From an uncultured delta proteobacterium (lineage in GTDB: Bacteria > Desulfobacterota > Binatia > Binatales > Binataceae), in NCBI GenBank assembly GCA_963724765.1, contig CAVRVY010000004.1:1179175-1243174 (forward strand): a stretch of 64,000 nt of DNA, read 5' to 3'. The notes beneath the pieces are model-generated. The model was given only the letters and a program-made list of their open reading frames with translations, ran no database searches and had not been told where the DNA came from. Shown piece after piece: positions 19,216-28,059 of the stretch. The position numbers were made by a program, and so were the translations under genes. The first letter of the stretch is position 1. Each line of letters opens with the position of its first letter.

Positions 19216-20544
19216 ATGGCCTCCTCCAGCGAAAAATTCGAAACCGGCCTGCGCATGATCCTCGAAGCCCTCGACGAGGCGGCGCGCGAAGACCACGCGC
19301 CGCTCAGCGCCAGTGCGATGCGCGCCGAATTGGAGCGCCTTGCGCTGATGCGCGGGCGGCCGGCCTTCTATCCCTACCTCGGCTCAGGCATCGGACGCGG
19401 CGCGCGCGCGATGCTCGCGGACGGGCGATGGGTGCTCGACTTCGCACTCGGCATTGGCGTCCATCTGTTCGGCCATGGCGACCCGGATCTGATCGCTACC
19501 GCGATTCGCGCTGCCGCCTCCGACCTGGTGATGCAGGGCAACCTGATTTTCAATCGCGAATACGGCGCGCTGATGGAGACGCTGCTGCGGCACGCGCCCG
19601 CCGGGATGGAAAACTGCTGGCTCGCGCTGTCCGGAGCCGACGCCAACGAGAACGCGCTCAAGCTCGTGCGCTACAAGCGCGCCGGACGTCCCGGCGTGAT
19701 CGCGTTTCGCGGATGCTTTCACGGACGGACCAGCGCGATGGCGGAAATCACCGACCGTCCGGACTACCGAATGGGCCAGCCGGCAACCTTCCCGGTGCAC
19801 TATGTCCCCTTTTACGACCGCAACGACCCCGACAGCATCGCCAAATCGCTAGCCGCGCTCCGCGACGCGATCGCGCGCGAGGGCGAGCGCGTAGCGGCCT
19901 TCATCGTCGAACTGGTGCAGGGCGAAGCCGGCTTCGTGACCGCACCACGCGAATTTTTCGTGGCGTTGTTCGAAGAATGCCGCCGCGCCGCGATCCCAAT
20001 CTGGGCCGACGAGGTGCAGACCTTCGCCCGCACGGGTGAACTGTTCGCAACCGACCTGCTCAAGCTTGCCGACTATGTCGACGTCATCACCATCGGCAAG
20101 GTCTTCCAGGGCAGCGCCGTACTGCATCGGCGCGACTTCGCGCCCGACCCCGCGCTCATCTCGGGAACTTACTCGGGCGCGACCGTGCCGATGGCGGTCG
20201 CGCGGCGGATGATCGAGCGAATGTTTGAAGGTGGAATGTTCGGGCCGCAGGGGCGCGAGCGCGAACTGGAGCGGCTGACGCGCGAGCATCTGCGCATACT
20301 TGCCGAGCGCCATCCCGGCGTGGTCTCCGAGATCGACGGCGTGGGCGCGATGCTGTCATTTAGGGTCGGTGATGGAGCGCTTGAAACCACGCGGGCTTTC
20401 ATCCGGCGATGCTTCGACGCGGGGCTGGTGCTCTACTACGGCGGGCACGAGCCGGCATGCGTGCGGCTCTTTGTGCCGGCGGCGGTCGTGACCAACGACG
20501 AACTCACTGACGCGTTCACTATCCTCGACCGCTGCATGGATTGA
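19216..20544 (+). CDS. class III (ornithine/acetylornithine-type) PLP aminotransferase family protein
   Basis: ..SGADANENALKL.., ..FHGRT.., ..ADEVQTFARTG.. and ..TIGK.. (candidate PLP lysine). Confidence 0.75.
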   Translation: MASSSEKFETGLRMILEALDEAAREDHAPLSASAMRAELERLALMRGRPAFYPYLGSGIGRGARAMLADGRWVLDFALGIGVHLFGHGDPDLIATAIRAAASDLVMQGNLIFNREYGALMETLLRHAPAGMENCWLALSGADANENALKLVRYKRAGRPGVIAFRGCFHGRTSAMAEITDRPDYRMGQPATFPVHYVPFYDRNDPDSIAKSLAALRDAIAREGERVAAFIVELVQGEAGFVTAPREFFVALFEECRRAAIPIWADEVQTFARTGELFATDLLKLADYVDVITIGKVFQGSAVLHRRDFAPDPALISGTYSGATVPMAVARRMIERMFEGGMFGPQGRERELERLTREHLRILAERHPGVVSEIDGVGAMLSFRVGDGALETTRAFIRRCFDAGLVLYYGGHEPACVRLFVPAAVVTNDELTDAFTILDRCMD

Positions 20545-20574
20545 GCGGCGCCCCGGCGCGAAGGAAGTTGGCTC

Positions 20575-21936
20575 TCAGAGCTGTGCTGCGGGCGGCAGCG
20601 CGTCGAACGCCAGAACTTCCTCGCACCATCGTGCGACGCTCAGCAGGCGGCCCTCATCGAGCGCAGCGCCGGTAAGCTGGATCGATATCGGCAATCCCGA
20701 GGGCGCGAGCGCGCAGGGCAGCGCGATCACGGGATGGCCGCTTAAGCTCCACGGCAGGTTGAACGAGGGATCGCCGGTCGCGCCGATTCCGGCCGGCGCG
20801 GGCGCTGGCGTAGCAGGGGTCAAAATCGCGTCGAAGCGCGCGAGCACATGATCGACCTCGCGGCGAAAGCGCGTCTGCACCTCGAGCGCGCGGATATATT
20901 CCCAGGCCGGGGTGTCGAGGCCGCGCTCGACGTACTCGCGAATCTTCGGCCCGTATAGATCCTTCTTCCCCGCGAAGCGCTCGCGATGGACCTCGGCGGC
21001 CTCGGCGCATAACTCGAGCATCGTGTTCGCCGTGATGTAAGCGAAACTCGGCGGCTCGTCGACGGTTTCGATCCGCGCACCGGCATCGGCGAACCTGGCG
21101 ATGGCCCCGGCGACGGCGGACCGCGTCTGCTCGCCCGCGCGATCGTCGAACGCCTTCGGCATCAGCGCGATTCGGAGCCCCTCTGCCGGCTGCGCCGCAG
21201 CGTGAATATAGTCGTCGATCGCGACGGCAAGGCTAACCGGGTCGCGCGGATCCTCCCCGGCCATCGCCTGGAGCATCGCGGCCGCGTCGGCGACCGAGCG
21301 CGCGAAGATCCCGACGTGATCGAGACTCGGCGCCAGCGGCAACATTCCATAGCGGCTGATTCGTCCGTAGCTCGGTTTCATCCCGACGACGCCGCAGTAT
21401 GCGGACGGGCGGATGGTCGAGCCAACGGTTTGCGAACCGATCGCCGCATAACACATCCGCGCCGCCACCGCGGCGCCCGATCCGCTGCTGGAGCCACCGG
21501 GAGTGTGCTCGAGATTCCACGGGTTGCGTGTGGCGGCCGGATCCAACAGCGCGAATTCGGTGGTGGCGAGCTTGCCCAGGATGATCGCGCCGGCGCGTTT
21601 AAGCCGCGCCACCGCCTCGGCGTCGTAGTCGGGAACGTAGCCGGCGAGCGCCTTCGAGCCACCCTCGGTTGCGAGCCCGGCGGTATAGAAGATGTCCTTG
21701 ATCCCGACCGGCACGCCGTGGAGCGGCCCGCGAAAGCGCCCCTCGCGCGCTTCGCGGTCCAACTCGGCCGCGGCGCTGCGCGCCCGCGCGCGATCGATCC
21801 CGACCCAGGCCTTGATCGCGCCGTCGATCCGATCAATGCGTGCAAGCGACGCGTCGACCAATTCGACCGGCGAGAGCTTGCGCTCGCGGACAAGGCGGGC
21901 CGCCTCCGTGAGCGTGAGCGCGTACGGTTGTGCCAT
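20575..21936 (-). CDS. amidase (amidase-signature family), paralog of 11118-12503
   Basis: GGSSSGSGAAVAARMCYAAIGSQTVGSTIRPSAYCGVVGMKPSYGRIS. ATG at 21936 is preceded by GAGGAAAGAGG and preferred over the TTG at 21951. Confidence 0.85.
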   Translation of the reverse strand: MAQPYALTLTEAARLVRERKLSPVELVDASLARIDRIDGAIKAWVGIDRARARSAAAELDREAREGRFRGPLHGVPVGIKDIFYTAGLATEGGSKALAGYVPDYDAEAVARLKRAGAIILGKLATTEFALLDPAATRNPWNLEHTPGGSSSGSGAAVAARMCYAAIGSQTVGSTIRPSAYCGVVGMKPSYGRISRYGMLPLAPSLDHVGIFARSVADAAAMLQAMAGEDPRDPVSLAVAIDDYIHAAAQPAEGLRIALMPKAFDDRAGEQTRSAVAGAIARFADAGARIETVDEPPSFAYITANTMLELCAEAAEVHRERFAGKKDLYGPKIREYVERGLDTPAWEYIRALEVQTRFRREVDHVLARFDAILTPATPAPAPAGIGATGDPSFNLPWSLSGHPVIALPCALAPSGLPISIQLTGAALDEGRLLSVARWCEEVLAFDALPPAAQL

Positions 21937-21984
21937 CGCCTCTTTCCTCAATGGCTCCGTTGCTTCAGTGCGTCGGGTGCCGTC

Positions 21985-22758
21985 TCATTTCTTGCCCTTG
22001 AGATGCGTGTCGAAGTACGCCGCCATCTTGGGCCACAGCTCGAAGGCCGCCTTCTCGCGGTAGCTCGGCCGGTAGTCGGCGAAGAACGCGTGGCCGGCAT
22101 TCTTGAACATGTCGATGGTGAAGGTCTTGCCAGCCTGCTGCAGGCGCTGACGCAACACCTCGACCTGTGCGGGCGAGGGACTTGCGTCTTCCTCGCCGCA
22201 GACCGCGTAGAGCGGGCAACCGAGGCGCGCCACCAGGTCGACGATCGGCGTGGGACGCTGCGGCGTGACGGGCGCCGCGTCGGCGGTGATGCCGCCTCCC
22301 CAGCAATCGATCGCCGCGCTCAACCGGTTGCTGCTGCACGCATAGAGCAGCGTGGTGCGCCCGCCCATGCAGAATCCGACGCAGCCGATTTTGCCGGTCA
22401 TCCCGGGCTGCGCCGCGAGCAGGTCGGCGGCCTGGTCGAGATCGCGCACCAGTTGCGCGTCGGGCAGCGCCAGCATCCGGCTGAGCACGATGTTCATGGG
22501 GTCTTCGGGCTTGGGCGCCCCGACCCGCGTATAGAGGTCGGGCGCGAGGGCGATGTAGCCGAGGCTGGCGAAGCGCCGCGCCACGTCGCGAATATGCTCG
22601 ATCACGCCCCAGGCCTCGTGAATCACGATAATGCCGGGATAGGAGCCAGGCGCGCGCGGCCTAACCAGGTAGGCGTTGATCGCAGTGCCGTCGCTCTGGA
22701 AGGTCACGTCGCGTCCTTCCAGTCGTTCGGGATTGGTTACTTGTCCTGCCAGTGCCAT
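21985..22758 (-). CDS. dienelactone hydrolase family protein
   Basis: ..GIIVIHEAWG.. and ..GCVGFCMGG.. nucleophile motif. Confidence 0.8.
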   Translation of the reverse strand: MALAGQVTNPERLEGRDVTFQSDGTAINAYLVRPRAPGSYPGIIVIHEAWGVIEHIRDVARRFASLGYIALAPDLYTRVGAPKPEDPMNIVLSRMLALPDAQLVRDLDQAADLLAAQPGMTGKIGCVGFCMGGRTTLLYACSSNRLSAAIDCWGGGITADAAPVTPQRPTPIVDLVARLGCPLYAVCGEEDASPSPAQVEVLRQRLQQAGKTFTIDMFKNAGHAFFADYRPSYREKAAFELWPKMAAYFDTHLKGKK

Positions 22759-22996
22759 GATGCGTTCCTCCTTGGAATCAACCGAACGGCGCGCCGCGCC
22801 GCATCACCTGAATTTTTTGCCCGATCCTCTTCGTACCCAATAGCGCATTTTGCCGAGGCGGGGCTAATGCTCTTGCAGCGGCGAGTCGCTTCGCACCGCA
22901 TCCGGGACTGTCTGAATTGCGCACCGAATCCGCACGAATCTGCCGGAAAGATCAATCTCTTGTTCAGGCGAGTTCCGGCTGATAGCCCTTGTTGCC

Positions 22997-24373
22997 ATGT
23001 TCGCAGCCAAGTCCGGCAGCGCACGCGGCCAGGCACGCGCCGCGTACATCGTCGCGGCCGTATGTCTTGGCGCGGCGATCGTGGTTCCCGCACTTTTCGG
23101 CGGGCGCGCCGAGCGGATTTATCGCGATACTATCGCGCAACTGGCCGGTGCGGGCCGTGCCGTTAGCCTCGACTCCTATCGGCGCGGATGGTTCTCCTCG
23201 CAAGCCATCGTCACCGTCGCGGCGGGCCGCGGCTCGATAACCTTCGTGCAGCACGTGCATCACGGCCCGTTCGGATTTTACAACGGATGGCACGTCGCAT
23301 TTCCGGTCGCGGCGATCGTCGATACCGATCCACCGCCCACACTGCAGAGCAATCTCGACAAGATCTTCGGTGATGCGCCGATAGTCATTTCGACGGTCGT
23401 CTGGATGGGCGGCACGCTCGATACTTACATCTCACGCGCCGCAACCGAGCGCGCCGACACGGCCCACAAGTTCGCCGCCAAATTCGGCGGCTTCAACTCG
23501 GAAGTGCATCTGGCGCAGGACTTTTACACCATTCGAGGCGACGCTCCCGCCATAACCGCCGCCGGCGCTTTCGGCGAAGCCGGGATGGCCGGCCTGACGA
23601 TAAGCGGCGAGTCGCATCGCCACGCCGGCAGCGGACTGTGGCTCGGCTATGGCGCCTTCAACCTCGGTCGCTTTAACTACAGCATCGTTGGCAGCGGCGC
23701 CCGCCCTTCGGCCAGCGGTCTGGTGCAGGACGTCGGCCTTTCCGCGCTCACCGAAATCAGGAATGGCCGGCTCGATGCACGTGAAACCGTATCGGTCGGC
23801 AATATAGCAGCCGGCGCCCTGAAACTGGGACCGATGAGCCTGAGGGCCGGAATCGACAACGTCGCACCGGAGCCGATCACACAATTCACCAATGCGCTCG
23901 CGTCGATTTCGCACTCGGCGTCCGATCAACAGACGCGGTCGCGGATGCTTCAGGAAAAAATGGCCGATCTGTTCGTTGCGATAGTGAAAGAGTCGCCGGT
24001 TCTGTCTGTCGATCTGCACGCCGCCAGCCCCAATGGCGAGGCGGTGGGCAAGGCCACGCTCGGAATCTCTCCCGAGCTCGCCAATGATCCACTGATAAAG
24101 GCCGACAATCCTGATCGCAAGGGTATGATCGCGCAAGCCTGGAAAAAGTACGGGCATGCGTCGGTCGAACTCGTCGCGCCGACCGGCTTTCTCGCGCAGT
24201 TGACAAAGGAGGATCAACTCAAGCAACTCGAACAAAGCGGCATCCTCGACCGTGACGGCGCCAATTATGTCTGCCGCGCGAATTTCAAAGACGGCGGATG
24301 GCTGATCAACGGCCACAAGCTCAAACTCCCGGCTCCGCCCGCTCGTCCCAACCTCACCAATCGCCATAGCTAA
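22997..24373 (+). CDS. YdgA/DUF945 family protein with N-terminal membrane anchor
   Basis: SYRRGWFSSQ and VHHGPF match the YHRGVFSSQ / VDHGPF blocks of E. coli YdgA as I recall them. One N-terminal hydrophobic helix. Confidence 0.6.
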   Translation: MFAAKSGSARGQARAAYIVAAVCLGAAIVVPALFGGRAERIYRDTIAQLAGAGRAVSLDSYRRGWFSSQAIVTVAAGRGSITFVQHVHHGPFGFYNGWHVAFPVAAIVDTDPPPTLQSNLDKIFGDAPIVISTVVWMGGTLDTYISRAATERADTAHKFAAKFGGFNSEVHLAQDFYTIRGDAPAITAAGAFGEAGMAGLTISGESHRHAGSGLWLGYGAFNLGRFNYSIVGSGARPSASGLVQDVGLSALTEIRNGRLDARETVSVGNIAAGALKLGPMSLRAGIDNVAPEPITQFTNALASISHSASDQQTRSRMLQEKMADLFVAIVKESPVLSVDLHAASPNGEAVGKATLGISPELANDPLIKADNPDRKGMIAQAWKKYGHASVELVAPTGFLAQLTKEDQLKQLEQSGILDRDGANYVCRANFKDGGWLINGHKLKLPAPPARPNLTNRHS

Positions 24374-24503
24374 ACCCAAGCCTCACGTCGCCGTTACACA
24401 TCGGCGCGTCGCTCAGGCGACGCCCCCTTACCTTGGCTGGCCGATTCGGGCAAGCTTTAGCGACGTTGGGGGGAGTGGCGCGGCCGCGAAGATCGAACCG
24501 CTG

Positions 24504-25136
24504 ATGCATCATCTCACGAACCCTGCCGAACTGTCCGACCTGCTCGCGACCTGGGGCTATCTCGGCATCTTTCTCTTTGTTTTTGTCGGCAACCTGGGAG
24601 TGCCGGTCCCGGAGGAGAGCGTGCTGATCGCCGCGGGCTTTCTCGCCTCGCATGGCCTGCTCGATCTCGAATGGGTCTATGTGGTGGCGGTGGCGAGCGC
24701 GGTTACCGGCGACTGCTCCGGCTTCTTGATCGGACGCACGGGCGGCCAGCATCTGCTGGAGCGCCTCGCCGCGAGATTCGCGTTCGTGCGCCGGCGTATC
24801 GAGCAGCTGCGCCTGTTCTTTGATCAGCACGGCAGCAAAGCGGTCTTCATGGCGCGTTTCATCGCGGGCGCGCGCTTCCTGGCGGGACCGATGGCAGGGG
24901 CGGCGGGGATGCCTTTTTTGCGGTTTCTGGGATGGAATGTGACGGGGGCGCTCATCTGGTGCTCGCTCATGGTGACGATCGGGTACCTGGTGGGTGACGA
25001 GGTCTGGCGCGCAGTCGGGTTCGTCCATTGGGGCGCGCGATGGATCGCGCTCGGCGCGGCGGTGATCTGTCTGGTCGTCTACCTGATTCACTGGTGGACG
25101 CATCAGACAGCGCCGGGCCCTGACGCGCGCGCCTGA
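24504..25136 (+). CDS. DedA family membrane protein
   Basis: ..WGYLGIFLFVFVGNLGVPVPEESVLIAAGFL.. and ..GRTGG.. are typical of DedA/SNARE-associated proteins. Confidence 0.8.
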   Translation: MHHLTNPAELSDLLATWGYLGIFLFVFVGNLGVPVPEESVLIAAGFLASHGLLDLEWVYVVAVASAVTGDCSGFLIGRTGGQHLLERLAARFAFVRRRIEQLRLFFDQHGSKAVFMARFIAGARFLAGPMAGAAGMPFLRFLGWNVTGALIWCSLMVTIGYLVGDEVWRAVGFVHWGARWIALGAAVICLVVYLIHWWTHQTAPGPDARA

Positions 25137-25277
25137 GCGGCGCGAAACGCCATACCGCGAGCGCCTCGTTTGCATCGGGGCGTATCCCGGGACTAGGCTT
25201 CGCCATCCCCGCACCGGCCCAACGTCCGCTGCAAAGACTTAATTCGGCGCGGCAACCGCAACGGAGGAACAGGCGCG

Positions 25278-25838
25278 ATGGCGCTGCTACCGTACGTCGA
25301 CGAATCGAAGGCTTCCGACAAGACCCGCGAAATCCTGGGCAACACCCCGCGCAAGATGAACGTCGCCCGCATGATCGCCAACAGCAGCGACGCGGTGTTC
25401 CAGAATTTCTCGCGCCTGGGTCACTCGCTGCTGACGCGCGCGAAGCTCGACAGTAAACTGCGTGAGATCGCGATCCTGCGCACTGCCAAGCTCACCGGCT
25501 CGGTCTACGAATGGACCCAGCACGTGCCGATCGCGAAAGCCTGCGGAGTCAGCAACGAACAGATGGCGGCGATGGAAAGTTGGGAAGGCACCAAGTGCTT
25601 CGACGAAGTCGAACGCCTGGTGCTCACGCTCACCGACGAGGTCACGCGCAACATCAAGGGCAGCAAGCGAACGCTCGATGCGCTGAAAAAGCATCTCGGC
25701 ACCACGGAACTAGTCGAGCTGATCCTTTCGATCGGCTTCTGGGGCATGGTGGCGCGGCTGCTCGAGACCACTGAAGTCGACCTCGAGGACTTCGCCGGCA
25801 AGCTCAATATGCTGGAACGCGGCCCGCGCAAATCCTAG
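25278..25838 (+). CDS. carboxymuconolactone decarboxylase (AhpD-like) family protein
   Basis: ..REIAILRTAKLTGSVYEWTQH.. core motif. Confidence 0.75.
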   Translation: MALLPYVDESKASDKTREILGNTPRKMNVARMIANSSDAVFQNFSRLGHSLLTRAKLDSKLREIAILRTAKLTGSVYEWTQHVPIAKACGVSNEQMAAMESWEGTKCFDEVERLVLTLTDEVTRNIKGSKRTLDALKKHLGTTELVELILSIGFWGMVARLLETTEVDLEDFAGKLNMLERGPRKS

Positions 25839-25840
25839 CT

Positions 25841-26680
25841 TTACGGCGCTGGGACAATAGCACCTGCCGTGCTGCGCGCTTTCTCCGCTGCCAGCGCCGG
25901 TGGCAGCGAGGAATCCCAGAGGCTCGCGACAAAGCGAGCGCCGGTAACCGCATCGGCCATCTCTGACACGAGCCACAGGAGCGGCTGCACCACGATCTCA
26001 GGACGGAACAGCCGGCTGCGGAATTCAGGCGCAATATCGCCTGGGACCATCCCGGTGTCAGTTGCTCCGCCTGGCAGCAATGAGTTGACGGTCACCCCGG
26101 TCCCGGCCAGATCCTGCGCCCAAATGATCGTCTCCGACTCGAGCGCCGCCTTGGAAGGTCCGTACGGAGCGAACCCGGCCCGGCGCATCGTCTCATAGTT
26201 CATGGAGATGTTGATGATGCGGCCCCAGTGCTGTTTGAGCATATGGGGCACCACCGCACGCGCCATCAGAAACGGCCCGGTCACGTTAGTGTCGACGATC
26301 ATCCGCCACACTGCCGGGTCGGTCTGCCAGAACTTCGTCGGAGTGTCGAGGAAATTCTCGCTGACGAAACGCATCCCGCGCCCGGCATTGTTCACCAGGA
26401 TGTGGATCGAGCCAAACTCGCGGATGGCCTCGCTTACCACGAGCAGACCGTCCTGTTCACTCGTGACATCAGCCGTCAACCCGCGGACGGTCCCCGCCTG
26501 TAAGGTCTTCGCTTCATCCGCGACCGCTTCGATTTCATGACGGCCGCGCGCGGCCGTAATCACTACGTTCGCCCCGGCCCGGGCTAAGCCCAACACCATC
26601 GCGCGCCCCAGTCCGCGGCCGCCGCCAGTGACTATTGCCGTCTTGCCCGCAAGTTTTCCCACAAGTTCGCCGTTCGGCAT
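25841..26680 (-). CDS. SDR family oxidoreductase
   Basis: ORF 25841..26836; start taken at MPNGELVGKLAGKTAIVTGGGRGLG (Rossmann TGxxxGxG). Also NNAG and YGPSK catalytic motifs. Confidence 0.85.
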   Translation of the reverse strand: MPNGELVGKLAGKTAIVTGGGRGLGRAMVLGLARAGANVVITAARGRHEIEAVADEAKTLQAGTVRGLTADVTSEQDGLLVVSEAIREFGSIHILVNNAGRGMRFVSENFLDTPTKFWQTDPAVWRMIVDTNVTGPFLMARAVVPHMLKQHWGRIINISMNYETMRRAGFAPYGPSKAALESETIIWAQDLAGTGVTVNSLLPGGATDTGMVPGDIAPEFRSRLFRPEIVVQPLLWLVSEMADAVTGARFVASLWDSSLPPALAAEKARSTAGAIVPAP

Positions 26681-26735
26681 TTGCGTGTGCTCGTCCGGTT
26701 CAATCCGCGCGCAGGCCCGCGACCGAATTCGGCCA

Positions 26736-28028
26736 TCAACTGTTGCGCGCGCGGCCGGCGAACCATAGATAGCCGTCGCTGTCGCGCGAGGCCAGGTCGC
26801 CGGTGAAGTAGTAATCCCCGCGAAACGCCGCCGCATTCGCTGCGGGATTTTTCCAGTACTCCAACAAAAGCGAGGGCGGCCGCTGGGGATTTATCCGGAT
26901 CACGATCTCGCCTGTCTCGCCGTCGCCCGCCTCTTTGTCCTCGGCGCCGAGCACGCGAACGTCGTGACCGAGGAACGGCTGCCCCATCGAACCCGGCTTA
27001 ATTTCCATTCCCGGCGTATTGGCCGCGACGATGGCCGTCTCGGCCTGTCCATAGCCGTCGTGGATTGTAAGTCCTAAACCGTCACGCCAGACGCCGATGA
27101 TTTCCGAATTGAGCGCTTCGCCGGTGGCGGTGCAATGGCGCAGAGTCGGGAGCTTGTGGGATGCGAGGTCCTCTTGCATCAGCCGCAGGTATTCCGTGGG
27201 TGTCGCGCACAGCGTCGCGATCGAATAGCGCGCGAGCAACTCCAGTTGCTTTCGAGGCTCGAGGACGCCGTTGTACATGAAGGTCGTAACCCCGTTCATC
27301 CACGGGCCGAACAGCTCGCCGTACCCCGCCTTGGCCGATCCGGTGTCCGCAGGGGCCCAGTGCAATTCGCCCGGACGCACGTCGAGCCAGCGGCTCCCGG
27401 TGTAACGCTGGCACCAGCTGTAGGCATGGCTGTGCAGCACAGCCATGGGTTCGTCCGCGGCGCCGGAAGTGTAGAGGCAAAGCGCGGGATCGCTCGCGCG
27501 CGTACGCACCGGCGAAAAGTTGGCCGAGGCCTGGCCCATCGAGGCCCGCATCCCGAGCCATCCGCTGCGCGGGCTGCCCGCGATGAGATAGTGCTTGAGC
27601 GCCGGACATCGGTTGCGCAGGTCGCTGATGAGGCTGGCGTTCTCGACCGCGGCGATGATCGCGACCGCGCCCGAATGAGTGGCGCGGTAAACGAAGTCCT
27701 TGTCGCGCAGCGCCGCGCCGCATGGGATCACGATCGCGCCGGCCTTGAGCGCGCCCACGTAAGCCGCCTGCCACAGCGTGATGCGCGGCAGCGCGATCAT
27801 CACCGGGTCGCCCGGCTTGACCCCGAGACCCGCCAGCACGTTGGCGAAACGGTTGGACTGTTCGCGAATGTCGGCGAAGCACAAACGCGCGCGGTTACCG
27901 TCCTGGTCCTCGCACAGGATCGCGGGGCGGCCCGGCTCGGCGCCGAAGGCGTCGATGGTCGCGCCAAAATTGAAGTGCTCCGGCACCTCCCAGCGGAAGT
28001 CGCGGTATGAATTTTCGTAGTCGCTCAT
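26736..28028 (-). CDS. ANL-superfamily acyl-CoA synthetase-like protein lacking the C-terminal subdomain (possible pseudogene or pseudoenzyme)
   Basis: ORF 26736..28079; start taken at MSDYENSYRDFRW. Has GYGQAETA and YYFTGDLASRDSDGYLWFAGRA motifs but stops at the hinge (GRARNS*). The P-loop reads YTSGAADEPMAV instead of TSGTTGxPKG. Confidence 0.7.
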   Translation of the reverse strand: MSDYENSYRDFRWEVPEHFNFGATIDAFGAEPGRPAILCEDQDGNRARLCFADIREQSNRFANVLAGLGVKPGDPVMIALPRITLWQAAYVGALKAGAIVIPCGAALRDKDFVYRATHSGAVAIIAAVENASLISDLRNRCPALKHYLIAGSPRSGWLGMRASMGQASANFSPVRTRASDPALCLYTSGAADEPMAVLHSHAYSWCQRYTGSRWLDVRPGELHWAPADTGSAKAGYGELFGPWMNGVTTFMYNGVLEPRKQLELLARYSIATLCATPTEYLRLMQEDLASHKLPTLRHCTATGEALNSEIIGVWRDGLGLTIHDGYGQAETAIVAANTPGMEIKPGSMGQPFLGHDVRVLGAEDKEAGDGETGEIVIRINPQRPPSLLLEYWKNPAANAAAFRGDYYFTGDLASRDSDGYLWFAGRARNS

Positions 28029-28059
28029 CAGCGGCACGTCCGCGCGAATCCAGCACGCG

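Noticed and set aside
17722-19296. 524-aa ORF on the minus strand
   Set aside because: It is exactly antisense to the convincingly identified SpoVR gene. It is rich in Arg/Ala/Gly/Leu, as expected for shadow ORFs in GC-rich DNA, and shows no motif.
21202-23166. 654-aa ORF on the plus strand
   Set aside because: It runs antisense across two well-supported minus-strand genes (amidase and dienelactone hydrolase) and their intergenic region. It is a shadow ORF.
26681-26836. 52-codon N-terminal extension of the SDR ORF overlapping the synthetase-like gene; checked as a possible out-of-frame remnant of the missing synthetase C-terminal domain
   Set aside because: The translated extension (..ATVDGRIRSRACARIEPDEH..) shows no similarity to the GRxDDxIKxxG hinge or to the C-terminal subdomain. 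The Rossmann motif follows the internal Met.
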